In this document: one piece after another, positions 17,299 through 26,875 of the stretch
Layout: every line of letters starts with the position of its first letter
Numbering within the stretch: the stretch's first letter is position 1
From: a bacterium
GTDB lineage: Bacteria; 4484-113; JAGGVC01
Direction: 5' to 3'
Assembly: GCA_039961635.1 (NCBI GenBank)
Contig: JABRWB010000012.1
Coordinates: forward strand, 22,273 to 86,272
DNA: 64,000 bases
The notes under the pieces: model-generated
What the model was told of the DNA's origin: nothing
Databases searched by the model: none
The model's input: only the letters and a program-made list of their open reading frames with translations
Made by a program: the position numbers and the translations under genes

Positions 17299-19374
17299 AT
17301 GTCGCACGTTTCGATAGCAAACAAGCGCAATTTCGCCCTCGTCGGGCACGGCGGGTCGGGTAAGACCACCCTCGCGGAAGCACTGCTTTACGCCACCGGC
17401 GCAACCACTAGAATGGGCAAAATCCAGGACGGAAACACCGTCAGCGACCACCATCCCGAAGAAATCAAGCGCAAGTACTCGATTTTCACCACGGTGATTC
17501 CTGTGGACGACGGCGGATTCCGTTTGAACATTCTGGATACGCCGGGCTATCAGGATTTCATCGGCGAGATGATTGGTGCGCTTTATTCGTCGGACGCGGC
17601 CGTTCTCGTCATCAACGGGCATGCGGGGTTGGAAAGCCAGGCGGAGAAGGCCTGGGAATATTGTGAAAAGCTTGTGCTGCCGAGGCTGATTTTTATTTCG
17701 CAACTCGAAAAGGAAGGAGCCGATTACTTCCGCGTCGTGGGCGAGCTTCGCTCCAGGCTCGGAACAAAAGTCGCCCCGCTTGTCATTCCAATCGGCGAGC
17801 AGCACGGAATAAACGGCGTGATTGACGTCATGGCCCGCAAGGCGTGGTTCGTGGACGGCAAAAACGCGCGAAGCGGCGAGGTGCCCTCCGGCGAATCCGA
17901 CCGCGTCGAGGAAACGAGGCAGAGCCTGCTCGAAGCCATCGTCGAAAACGACGACGAGTTGATGGAGATGTACCTTGCGGATGAAAAAATCCCGGACGAG
18001 CGCTTGATACAGGCGATGCGCGCGGCGACCCTGGCGGGAAGTCTCGTGCCGTGCATTGCCGGCGTTGCCGAGCAGCTAATCGGAGTGCATCCGCTGCTCG
18101 ACCTTGTTAAGGAATTACTGCCCGGTCCGCTGCATCGTGGCAAGATTGTCGGCTTGAAACCGGATGGTTCGGGCGAGGATTCGAGGCCGATCGATCCGGG
18201 TGCGCCTTTTGCGGCTCGCGTTTTCAAGGTCGAGGAATCCCCAATGGGTTCGATCACCTACTTCCGGATTTTTTCGGGCAAGATTAAGGCAGGTGACCAG
18301 TTCTACAATCCCGTGCGCAAATCCAGCGAAAAGATTTCCACTTTGCTGGAAATGACCGGGAAAAACAGAAAGGATGTAAACGAGGCCGAGGCGGGCGACA
18401 TCGTCGCGACGGTCAAACTGAAGGATACCCACCGCGACGACACGATTTGCGACAAGGAACACCCGTTTTTGTTTCAGCCGATTCAATATCCGACGCCGCT
18501 CGCCTTCGAAGCGATCCACGTGGAAAGCAAGGGCGATCTGGAAAAAATCTCTGCCGGATTGTCGGCGATAGCGCTCGAAGATCCGACGCTCAATTTCGGG
18601 CAGGACTCGGACACACGCCAAATGGTTGTGCGGGCGATGGGCGAGCTGCAGTTGGATGTCGCCCGCTCCCTTGTCTCCGACAAGTTTAAAGTCAATTTCA
18701 CTTATGTCGAGCCCAAGATTCCCTACCGGGAAACAATCAGGTCAACCGCTTCTTCGCAAGGAAAACACAAGAAGCAAACGGGCGGGCGCGGCCAATATGG
18801 CGACGTTTGGCTGGAGTTATCTCCGCTTGCCCGCGGCGAAGGATTCAAATTCATTGATGCGATCGTCGGCGGTGTAGTGCCGGGCAAGTTCATCCCCGCC
18901 GTCGAAAAAGGCGTGGTTGAAACGATGGCCGGCGGCATTTTGGCCGGCTGCCAGGTTGTGGACGTACAGGTGAAGTTGTTTGACGGAAGTCATCACTCGG
19001 TGGATTCGTCCGAAATGGCGTTCAAGCTTGCGGCGGCGCTCGGTTTCAAAGCCGCTTTCGAAAAGGCCAATCCGGTGTTGCTGGAGCCGATTTACGCCGT
19101 AAAGGTTACGGTTCCGGAAGCTTTTATGGGCGATGTAATGGGGGATTTGAACAGCCGCCGGGGCAGGCTTCAGGGTATGGATTCGAAGGACGGCGCGCAG
19201 GTGATCAAGGCGAATGTTCCTCTCGCCGAATTGTACAAGTACGTCAATCACCTCCGCTCCATGACGCAAGGCCGCGGCAGCTTCGAAATGGAGTTTTCAC
19301 ATTACGAGGACGTTCCCAGCGACGTCGCGCAAAAGGTGATTGAAGACTACAAGCGTTCCAAAGAGGAAGGCTAG
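17299..19374 (+). CDS. Elongation factor G family GTPase (EF-G paralog).
   Basis: Full EF-G five-domain architecture: G domain (NILDTPGYQDF; P-loop is GHGGSGKTT rather than AHIDAGKTT), then domains II-V (GGRGQYGDVWLELSP, FKLAAALGFKAAF). Confidence 0.85.
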   Translation: MSHVSIANKRNFALVGHGGSGKTTLAEALLYATGATTRMGKIQDGNTVSDHHPEEIKRKYSIFTTVIPVDDGGFRLNILDTPGYQDFIGEMIGALYSSDAAVLVINGHAGLESQAEKAWEYCEKLVLPRLIFISQLEKEGADYFRVVGELRSRLGTKVAPLVIPIGEQHGINGVIDVMARKAWFVDGKNARSGEVPSGESDRVEETRQSLLEAIVENDDELMEMYLADEKIPDERLIQAMRAATLAGSLVPCIAGVAEQLIGVHPLLDLVKELLPGPLHRGKIVGLKPDGSGEDSRPIDPGAPFAARVFKVEESPMGSITYFRIFSGKIKAGDQFYNPVRKSSEKISTLLEMTGKNRKDVNEAEAGDIVATVKLKDTHRDDTICDKEHPFLFQPIQYPTPLAFEAIHVESKGDLEKISAGLSAIALEDPTLNFGQDSDTRQMVVRAMGELQLDVARSLVSDKFKVNFTYVEPKIPYRETIRSTASSQGKHKKQTGGRGQYGDVWLELSPLARGEGFKFIDAIVGGVVPGKFIPAVEKGVVETMAGGILAGCQVVDVQVKLFDGSHHSVDSSEMAFKLAAALGFKAAFEKANPVLLEPIYAVKVTVPEAFMGDVMGDLNSRRGRLQGMDSKDGAQVIKANVPLAELYKYVNHLRSMTQGRGSFEMEFSHYEDVPSDVAQKVIEDYKRSKEEG

Positions 19375-19400
19375 CCGGCTGTCACCGGTCGCTGATTGCC

Positions 19401-19436
19401 AAGAAAAAAAACGGGCGATGCGTACAACCGCATCGC
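19401..19436. terminator. Bidirectional rho-independent terminator between convergent genes.
   Basis: A8 run (19401-19408), then hairpin GGGCGATGCG-tacaacc-GCATCGCCC (19411-19436), then AAATATTT. Reads as hairpin plus U-run on the minus strand (for the 19457..21667 gene) and a weaker terminator on the + strand for the EF-G gene. Confidence 0.5.
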
Positions 19437-19456
19437 CCAAATATTTACCAACGAAA

Positions 19457-21667
19457 TCATCTGTTCCGGCTGCCGGCAGCCGATTGCGCGCCTTCGGCGG
19501 GCGGAGGGATTTTTTGGCTGGAATCCTGCGGAGGCGCCTGCTGGCCGGACTCCGGGGGCGGAGCCTGCTGGACATTCGATTGATCTCCGGTGTTGACCGG
19601 TGCCTGCTGAGGAGCGGCGGTCGCATCGCCGGTGACGGGGGGTGTGGGCGCGCCGCGCGGAACGACTTTGCCGCTTCCGTCTGGGCCGGGTACAACCGGC
19701 CCCATCTCGCCGCCGCCGTAAGTCGGAGCTGGAGCCCCTGGCGTGACGGGACCCTGGCCGGCGGGCGCCGGGGTTCCGGCCGTGACCGGACCGCCTTCAA
19801 CCGGCGCGCCGGGAGCGGCTTCCCCGGCTCCAGCAGCGGGCGTTGCGGGAGTCTCGGGCGCCGGCGGCTGTTTCAGTTCAGTCTGAAGCTTTGGCAGGCC
19901 GGATGCCGGCGGCGGAAGCTGATTCTCCCCGGCGCTGTCCTGGATGTATCTGAAATTCGGATCGTCTGTAAGTCCGAATCCGAGATCTTCAATGTCTCCC
20001 GGAATCGGCGCACGAGCTTCGAATGTGAGAGTGGCCGCCTGGCCGCTGCCCCGCACAGTCCGTATGATGTCGTCAAGCGAAATAGCGATTGTGACCAATC
20101 CGCTGGATTTGTCCGGCTGGGCATAAAACATCGTTGCATCGCGCCCGCCGTCAAACATAGAGCCGATTTTGACTTTTGTAAGGCTGAAGTTGTTCACGTC
20201 GAACGTTACTCCAAACAGTCCGCGGCGAAAATCGGGGATATTGCGGACATCGAGTGAAACTTCCAACGAATCCCCGGGATCCATTCCGGACTTGGGCTTA
20301 TCATATTTCAATTCCGCCGCCGGTTGAGGTGTTTTCACCTCCAAATCCAGCACCGTGGGCTCCGTCAGAGGAACTCCTTTCGGATTTACGATTATCAGGC
20401 TGACCGTGACGGATTCCGCGGTATCGGGAATGAACCGGACGAACGGCTCCGAAAGCGTCAATGTGACCGTCGGCTTGTCCTTGACTTCAACGGCTTCGGC
20501 TTCCTTCGCGGCAATTTCGTCGGTGATCTGCTTTTGAATGTCGTCAATCAGCTTTTCGCCTGCATCCCGCTTGCCCGGCATCGTGAATTCCCAAGGCGTC
20601 GGCCAGGAGTTTCGCTCCTTCAAACCCGCGCCGGTGTCGTCCGAAGCCGTTTCGGGGGCGACGGAATCGGAGTCATTTGCATCTTCTCCGCTTGCTGCAT
20701 CGGTTTCGGTCGAAGGTGTTTCCTCTGCAGGTGCTATTTCCGCTTCGGCGGAAGCCGCCTCGCCGGATTCCATCCCGTCCGCGGGCCGCTCAAGTTCCGT
20801 TGACCCGGATTCAATTTCGGTATCGGATGCCGTTTCATCCGCAGTATCATCTGCGGAGTCAACCGCTTCGACGGAATTCACCACGCCATCGTCCTGAAGC
20901 GCCAATACCGCATACTTGATTTGGCTGTAGTTGCCGAACAGGCTTGCGAAAATCGTACTGCGTTCGTTCCTCGATGCGACGGTGACCGGCGGCGCAGCAG
21001 GCTCGGTTCTGGTCGGCTCGGCCGGTTTCGGCGCAAGCTGCGGCGGCGGCACCGGCTCGCCGGTTTTGAACTGCTGGTTGCCGCCGCTGGGCGCGGCCGG
21101 TTTCTGGTCCATAACTTTGTCCGGCGATACCGTTGCGGGGATGGTTTTGCCATCCACCGTAGCCGGAGCGCCGCCGGCCGGAACCGGAGCGCCCGTATCG
21201 GTTCCCGCGGGCGCCGCGGGAGTTTCGCTTTCTGGTGCGGACGAAGCCGGCGGGACTGCAAGCGCTTTCAGCCTTTCGCGATCCGATTCGTTGACCGGCA
21301 AAAGCTTGCCGCCGGTCACGTGCCATTCGTAGCGGATGTCTTTTTTGTCGGGGTTGTCCACTATGGCGTAAACGTTGTAAGGCTGATTAACCTCGACCTG
21401 GCCGACCTCGAAGCTGATTTGCATAATCGTGACCGGCCGCTCGGGCGCGCGCTGGCCGGATGTCTCGGACTGCCCAGAGGGATTGCCGTAACTCTGCGAG
21501 TTTCGGTTCGGCGTATTCATGTTTTGGTTGTAACTCGGATTCGTCTGAAGGTTGCTTCCGGACGAGGTGCAGGCCGAACCGTACGCGACCGCGGCCGAAA
21601 ACGCCAGAATCAATGCGGAACCAGCGAACTTCGTCGCATGCTCCCTGAAATAATTCCTGATATGCAT
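19457..21667 (-). CDS. Proline/alanine-rich secreted lipoprotein with a cohesin-like beta-sandwich segment.
   Basis: Probable start MHIRNYFREHATKFAGSALILAFSAAVAYGSAC (signal plus lipobox) at 21667; the track ORF extends to 21793. Long low-complexity P/A/T/E-rich tracts. One globular segment (LEVSLDVRNIPDFRRGLFGVTFDVNNFSLTKVKIGSMFDGG) resembles the cohesin-like segment of the 41194..41844 protein. Confidence 0.6.
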   Translation of the reverse strand: MHIRNYFREHATKFAGSALILAFSAAVAYGSACTSSGSNLQTNPSYNQNMNTPNRNSQSYGNPSGQSETSGQRAPERPVTIMQISFEVGQVEVNQPYNVYAIVDNPDKKDIRYEWHVTGGKLLPVNESDRERLKALAVPPASSAPESETPAAPAGTDTGAPVPAGGAPATVDGKTIPATVSPDKVMDQKPAAPSGGNQQFKTGEPVPPPQLAPKPAEPTRTEPAAPPVTVASRNERSTIFASLFGNYSQIKYAVLALQDDGVVNSVEAVDSADDTADETASDTEIESGSTELERPADGMESGEAASAEAEIAPAEETPSTETDAASGEDANDSDSVAPETASDDTGAGLKERNSWPTPWEFTMPGKRDAGEKLIDDIQKQITDEIAAKEAEAVEVKDKPTVTLTLSEPFVRFIPDTAESVTVSLIIVNPKGVPLTEPTVLDLEVKTPQPAAELKYDKPKSGMDPGDSLEVSLDVRNIPDFRRGLFGVTFDVNNFSLTKVKIGSMFDGGRDATMFYAQPDKSSGLVTIAISLDDIIRTVRGSGQAATLTFEARAPIPGDIEDLGFGLTDDPNFRYIQDSAGENQLPPPASGLPKLQTELKQPPAPETPATPAAGAGEAAPGAPVEGGPVTAGTPAPAGQGPVTPGAPAPTYGGGEMGPVVPGPDGSGKVVPRGAPTPPVTGDATAAPQQAPVNTGDQSNVQQAPPPESGQQAPPQDSSQKIPPPAEGAQSAAGSRNR

Positions 21668-21836
21668 CACTTGCGCCCAGCTCCTTGCCTTGAAATGGCA
21701 AACATTTTCAAAGACGCACCGGCGGGCGCGCTGTTCACGTCCGCGCCGTGCATCCGGATAGATTCTACCCCATAATTTGCCGTCTGGGAACATCCCGCCG
21801 GACCGAAATTCGGCGCGTCCGTCAGCAAGCTTTCAA

Positions 21837-22955
21837 CTATCCGGCGCGGGCGGTTTCGGCGGCCAGCAATCCGAATTTCTCGCGGGATTCGTTCCAGGTG
21901 AACCTGGCGGCCAAGCTGCGCGCTTCTTCGCCCTTTTGCTTCCGCAGCTCCGTGCTGGATGCAAGTTCGCCGATGATGCGCGCCGCGTCCAAATCGGATT
22001 CCGCGGGACAGGAAACCGCGTTTTCCCTGTGCGCAGCCACGTTCAGCGCGACCGTCGGCAATCCGGCGAAAGCCGCTTCTGCGACCGGCAGTCCGAATCC
22101 TTCCCATCGGGACAGCGATACGAAAATGTCGGCGGCTGCGTAAAGCTGCGCAAGTTCGTTCCAATCCGGCGCTTCCACTATGATCGCGCCGGTTTGCTTC
22201 AGAGACGCGATTTGGTCGGCGCGGCCCATTCCGGCAAGCACCAACTCAACCGGCGCGCCGCCTTCTTTGAGTTTGGCCGCAACCTGGGCCAGCTCCATCA
22301 CTCCCTTGTACGGATGCGATTTGTAATCCAGCCGCGAAATCGAAAACAACATCACGCGGCTGTCGTCCAATTCCAGCCGCGATCGCATAAGGTTTCTCGC
22401 GTAAGCTCCCGGCTTCGGAAGATGGTCGCCTCCGGGATAAATCACGATCGCTTTCGGTTTGGCCTCGCGCGGCAGGCCGTCCGCGAGAAATTTGGATATC
22501 GCGAGGATTTTGCCGGCCCGGCGAAGATGCCCGGCGTCGCTTATGTCGAGGTACGCCCGGTTAAGCCGCGCCGCTGCGGGCAACCCGGTTGTCGGAGGAT
22601 TGCCGAAATGCAGATGAATGGATGGGCAGCCCAGCACCTTTCCGGCGCCGTAAAACGGAAACGAAGCGGGCAGGGCGAGGTCGAGCTTTCCCGACTGGCC
22701 CAAATCGCTTTTAAGCTTTCTAAGCGTGTTCGTCGCGTCCGCCTCGAACACCTGCAGCACGCGGTTGGCCTGGTCGTTTTCCAGATGAAGCGGGACGATT
22801 GCGTATGGAGCGCCCTTGTATGTGTCGCTGTCCGTGTCGAAACAGTAGACGCGGACCGAATGGCCGTCGTCGCAGAGCCGCCGCGCCCACTGGTCGACGA
22901 CTAGATCGACCCCGAATCCCTTGCGCATCCTGATAGTGAAAAAACCGACGCGCAC
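21837..22955 (-). CDS. Glycosyltransferase family 4 (GT-B fold).
   Basis: GT4 C-terminal motifs: ...ADIFVSLSRWEGFGLPVAEAAFAGLPTVA... (EX7E-like); N-terminal MRVGFFTIR... typical of GT4. Confidence 0.8.
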   Translation of the reverse strand: MRVGFFTIRMRKGFGVDLVVDQWARRLCDDGHSVRVYCFDTDSDTYKGAPYAIVPLHLENDQANRVLQVFEADATNTLRKLKSDLGQSGKLDLALPASFPFYGAGKVLGCPSIHLHFGNPPTTGLPAAARLNRAYLDISDAGHLRRAGKILAISKFLADGLPREAKPKAIVIYPGGDHLPKPGAYARNLMRSRLELDDSRVMLFSISRLDYKSHPYKGVMELAQVAAKLKEGGAPVELVLAGMGRADQIASLKQTGAIIVEAPDWNELAQLYAAADIFVSLSRWEGFGLPVAEAAFAGLPTVALNVAAHRENAVSCPAESDLDAARIIGELASSTELRKQKGEEARSLAARFTWNESREKFGLLAAETARAG

Positions 22956-23016
22956 GAGAAGGATTATAAGCGAAAAGGCAGCCCGCCGTTAGATTTCAGG
23001 CGGAACGACATATCTT

Positions 23017-24552
23017 TCAAGCGTCCGGAATCGAAATGGATTTCGGTGTGCGTTCCACTTGCTCGAGTTCCAAAATATCGTCCTTGATTCCCGCATCAAG
23101 CTCTTTGAATTTCCTGGCCTGCGGCAAAACCCTGGATTCAAGGGAGCCTACCGCCCGGTTGTAAGATTCAACCGCCCCGTCAAGCCCCTTTTTGACTCCG
23201 TTGAAGTGCTCGGCCATAACTCTTATCCGGTTGTACAGCTCCTTGCCGAGATTGCTGATTTGCTTTGCGTTTTCCGCAATCTGCTCCTGGCGCCAGCCAA
23301 ACGCAACGGTTTTGAGCAGCCCCATAAGCATTGCAGGATTCGCAGGGAGAACCCGTTTGTCGAGGGCATATGAAATCAAATCAGGGTCAACCTTAAGCGC
23401 CGACATCAACAAATCCTCGAAAGGCAAAAACATGATTACGAAATCGGGGCTGCCCTGGACGAAATCCCAATATCCTTTTGACGCAAGCTGGTTGATATGG
23501 GTTTTCAAATTGGCCGCGTGCCTTTTCAGGCATTCGGCCTTCATCTCCTCGCTTTCGGCTTCGTAGGCTGAAATATATGCCTCCAGCGGGGCTTTTGAAT
23601 CGACAGGAATGCCGTGACCAGCCGGCATTTTAATAACCATATCGGGCCTGAACCTGGCCTCGCCCGCGGACACGGTGACCTGTTCCGCAAAGTCGCAGTA
23701 AGCCGTCATTCCCGCCAGTTCGACTACTCTTTTCAGCTGCATTTCGCCCCAGCTCCCCCACATGGTAGGTTTGCCGCGCAGCGCTGAAGTCAAACTGTCG
23801 GCCTTTGCGTGCAAATCTTTTTCGGCTTCTTGAAGGTTTCTGATTTGCTCGGTAAGAGTGGCGTACGCCTTGATTCTGCTTTCCTCGATCTCCCTGACAT
23901 GCGCCGAAAATTCCTCAAGTTTTTCTTTGAGCGGTTTTACCAGCGATTCCACTTTTTCCCTGCCCAATTCAAGCTCGTTTTTGGCTTGCTCGTTAAAGCT
24001 GCCCAGATTTTCCTTGGCAAGTTCCAGGAAACTTCTGGCGTTTCTGCTTAACGCGTCCGCCGACAAGGTTGAAAAAGCGTCTTTCAGTTGCTGTTTGGCC
24101 GCTTCCAAAAGCGCAAGTTTTTCTTCCGAATTTCTTTTTTCGTCGTCAAGCGCGGTACTCGCCGCGGCAAGGGCTTTTTCCAGGTTTTTGGTTAATTCGA
24201 TTTGTTCCGCGTACTTGGTTTTCCATTCGAGCGCTTCATTTCGAGAATGCTCCAAAAACGCCTCCTGGGACGATGCTCTTTCGCGCAGCTTCGAAATTTC
24301 TTCCGCGTCCGCTTTGGCGGCGGCCGTCAGTTCGTCTATTCTTTGAATACGTTCTTGGTTTTCATTGAGCGCCGACTGGAGCTCCGCGTCGCGGCTGCCA
24401 AGCCTTTCGTTCAGCAAAACGATTTCCGATTCCGCCCTGGAAACAGCATTCCTGACCGCCGCGTCAAGTTTTGCTTTGGAGCCGAGCCAGCATGAGCCAT
24501 ACCCTACGGCCAAACCGACGATCAGAAAAATCAAGTAAAATATCCAGTCCAT
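23017..24552 (-). CDS. rmuC: DNA recombination protein RmuC.
   Basis: N-terminal TM helix, long coiled-coil region, C-terminal RmuC nuclease-like domain (FRPDMVIKMPAGHGIPVDSKAPLEAY...FVIMFLPFEDLL). Confidence 0.85.
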   Translation of the reverse strand: MDWIFYLIFLIVGLAVGYGSCWLGSKAKLDAAVRNAVSRAESEIVLLNERLGSRDAELQSALNENQERIQRIDELTAAAKADAEEISKLRERASSQEAFLEHSRNEALEWKTKYAEQIELTKNLEKALAAASTALDDEKRNSEEKLALLEAAKQQLKDAFSTLSADALSRNARSFLELAKENLGSFNEQAKNELELGREKVESLVKPLKEKLEEFSAHVREIEESRIKAYATLTEQIRNLQEAEKDLHAKADSLTSALRGKPTMWGSWGEMQLKRVVELAGMTAYCDFAEQVTVSAGEARFRPDMVIKMPAGHGIPVDSKAPLEAYISAYEAESEEMKAECLKRHAANLKTHINQLASKGYWDFVQGSPDFVIMFLPFEDLLMSALKVDPDLISYALDKRVLPANPAMLMGLLKTVAFGWRQEQIAENAKQISNLGKELYNRIRVMAEHFNGVKKGLDGAVESYNRAVGSLESRVLPQARKFKELDAGIKDDILELEQVERTPKSISIPDA

Positions 24553-24625
24553 TTTTTCCTCTTAAAATACGGGAATCCATTATATCAAGGCGCCATGTCA
24601 AGGCGCCGCGAAATGAGGCTATACT

Positions 24626-25576
24626 TTGGCCGTGCGCTTCGCCGAACGACTTGAGAGATTATTCGCCCCGGTGCTTCGGCGCATCCCGTATCTGTACGAT
24701 TCGGAAGTCGGATTCAATCCGGTGATTGTGGCGGACTGGAGGGTGTTCAGGCACGATTTTCGCAAAAAGCGCCTTCATTATTTTTTGCTTACAATGATTA
24801 TGTATCTGGTTTTTCCTACTTCGGTATCTGCGTTTGTCGTTTATCAAAACTATTTGGCGGCAGGTTACACGCAAATGCCGCCGGAATATTTAACAAGCTG
24901 CCTAAACATGTTGACGTATGCGGTCGCCGCAATCGCATTGCTGCATTATTTTTCGATTGTGCTGCTTAGCCTGGTCAGCCCTCTCGGAAATGGCACTCAA
25001 AACTTGATTTATTCCGATCCCCCGATTGCGCAGTCGATTTCGCGGCGCGTTTTTTGGGGAAGGCTTCTTCCAAGGATTGCCGTAATTCCGTTTTTTGCGA
25101 TTGCAATATTCATGTATGAATATGGGACGGCGGCATGGAGATTGGACACGGGTTATGCGAATATATTTCAGCTGAATGTGCTTGTTTCGATTTCGGCATT
25201 ATTGGCGGGATTCCAGCTGCTTTCATATTCGGTGCTGGCGCATATGTACATTCCGTTTCCTTGGGCCAGGGCGATTCTTGTGTGCACGATGTTGACTGCA
25301 TTCGCGGTCACCACGAATATTAGCGGCGCGTCGACTGAATCCTATTCCCTATTAGATGCACTCAGGATTTTGAATCCCTTTTCGAGCGCGGCCGCGATAT
25401 CCGCATCCTTTCTCCGCAGTCAGCCTTTTTTGTCTCCTGGAACCGCGCCGTCCGCCTTGTATCCAATGTATAAAGTTGCGTTGGCATTCGCCGGGCAAAC
25501 GATCATCAACGTATTTTTGTGGCGTGCAAACTACGGAAGCTTCATCGCTCGATTTGGAAGATGCCGCGTGGAATGA
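24626..25576 (+). CDS. Hypothetical polytopic membrane protein encoded in a low-GC patch.
   Basis: Multiple hydrophobic helices. GC of 24780-25560 is visibly lower (about 47-50 %) than the flanks. No recognisable domain. The start is uncertain: the 5' 150 nt are GC-rich and may not be coding. Confidence 0.45.
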   Translation: MAVRFAERLERLFAPVLRRIPYLYDSEVGFNPVIVADWRVFRHDFRKKRLHYFLLTMIMYLVFPTSVSAFVVYQNYLAAGYTQMPPEYLTSCLNMLTYAVAAIALLHYFSIVLLSLVSPLGNGTQNLIYSDPPIAQSISRRVFWGRLLPRIAVIPFFAIAIFMYEYGTAAWRLDTGYANIFQLNVLVSISALLAGFQLLSYSVLAHMYIPFPWARAILVCTMLTAFAVTTNISGASTESYSLLDALRILNPFSSAAAISASFLRSQPFLSPGTAPSALYPMYKVALAFAGQTIINVFLWRANYGSFIARFGRCRVE

Positions 25577-25622
25577 ACGTGGAACTGCTTGATTGCGCTG
25601 CGGTTACTCCGCGAAAATCCGC

Positions 25623-26858
25623 CTAATACCTTTCGACGGTAATCTCCGTCTTTGACGGCTTCTTGGCCTTTCCAACGCGCTTGGCGCGCCTGAAGACTAT
25701 CCTGTCCTCGTCATGCTGCGCGTCGAACGCGACGTCGGCCACGATGAAATCGCCCGGCTTGATATTGCCGTAGCCCAGGTGCTCGGCCAGCTTCGTTTCA
25801 ATGTAACGCTCTACGGCCTTGACCAAAGGCCGAACGCCCATTTCGAGGTCAAGCCCGCGGTCCACCAGCCAGTCGCGCGCGGCCTGCGTAAGCTGCACCT
25901 GGAATCCGAGATGCGCGAACCTCGTCGCGCTTATGTTCAGCAATTTCTGCAGGATTTTATACAGCGCTTCTCGGTTTAACGCGCGGAAAACAATGAAGTC
26001 GGTTATGCGGTTGCGGAACTCCGGCGTGAAGGCGCGTTTCATCGCTTCCTTGACGGTTTCGTAAATGTCCTGGTCGGCCTTGTCCATCGAAACGGTCTGG
26101 TGCTTGAATCCGATGCGCTGCTCCTTCATGAGCCGGTCGATTTCCGGCGCGCCTACGTTGGAGGTCATGATCGGGATCGTATTCGTGAAATCCACGATAC
26201 CGTCGTCGTCCTTGGTGCGCCTGGCCAGAGTCAGCCTGCCCTCGTCCATAATCTGCAAGAGAAGGTTATGCAGCCGGAAGTGCGCCTTTTCGATTTCGTC
26301 GAACAGAACGATCGTGTTGGGCTTGCCCTCGACGGCCTCCTTTGAAAAAATCACCGGAAGGTCGCTTCCCACGTATCCCGGAGGGCTGCCGATCAGACGC
26401 GAAATGGCGTGCGGCTCGCTGTATTCGCTGCAGTCCACCTTGATCATCTTGCGGTAGTCGCCGTGCAAAGCGCGCGCCAGCGCGCGGGCGGTTTCGGTTT
26501 TGCCGACCCCGGTCGGCCCGGCGAAGTACATGACCGCTATAGGCTTGTAAGGATTGCGGAATCCGGCATAGTTTCTAATCAAAGCGCGGCATATCGCTTC
26601 GATCGCGCGCTCCTGGCCAATGACTTCTTCCGTCAAAATACGCCGGATGCTGTCAACGGGGCCGGGCTGGTCTTCTTTTATTTTCAGCGGAACGGTCGCT
26701 TTGGGGATAATGTCCACGCGCTTCCCGCCGCCGCCTTCGGTCGGGCCGCCGGGCAAAGCGGTGTCGGGGGCTTCGCCCTCATCCTTGTGCTTCGCCGGAT
26801 GGCCGGGCTTGGGTTTTTCCTTCTCCGGCTCGGCCGGCGCTTTTTCGGGTTCGTACAT
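25623..26858 (-). CDS. Stand-alone AAA+ ATPase of the ClpA/ClpB D2-domain type, with a disordered Pro/Glu/Lys-rich N-terminus.
   Basis: VIGQERAIEAI...GPTGVGKTETARALARAL...VDCSEYSEPHAISRLIGSPPGYVGSD...VLFDEIEKAH...MDEGRLT...TSNVG, plus a ClpB D2-small C-terminal domain. No N-domain, D1 or middle domain. Confidence 0.75.
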   Translation of the reverse strand: MYEPEKAPAEPEKEKPKPGHPAKHKDEGEAPDTALPGGPTEGGGGKRVDIIPKATVPLKIKEDQPGPVDSIRRILTEEVIGQERAIEAICRALIRNYAGFRNPYKPIAVMYFAGPTGVGKTETARALARALHGDYRKMIKVDCSEYSEPHAISRLIGSPPGYVGSDLPVIFSKEAVEGKPNTIVLFDEIEKAHFRLHNLLLQIMDEGRLTLARRTKDDDGIVDFTNTIPIMTSNVGAPEIDRLMKEQRIGFKHQTVSMDKADQDIYETVKEAMKRAFTPEFRNRITDFIVFRALNREALYKILQKLLNISATRFAHLGFQVQLTQAARDWLVDRGLDLEMGVRPLVKAVERYIETKLAEHLGYGNIKPGDFIVADVAFDAQHDEDRIVFRRAKRVGKAKKPSKTEITVERY

Positions 26859-26875
26859 TCAGTTTTCCACCGCGC

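Noticed and set aside
19340-20257. 305-aa plus-strand ORF and 20921..21775 plus-strand ORF
   Set aside because: Antisense to the proline-rich lipoprotein gene. Arg/Gly-rich repeats are a mirror of the Pro/Ala codons.
21777-22904. 375-aa plus-strand ORF opposite the GT4 gene
   Set aside because: Antisense shadow; the GT4 reading frame on the minus strand has clear motifs.
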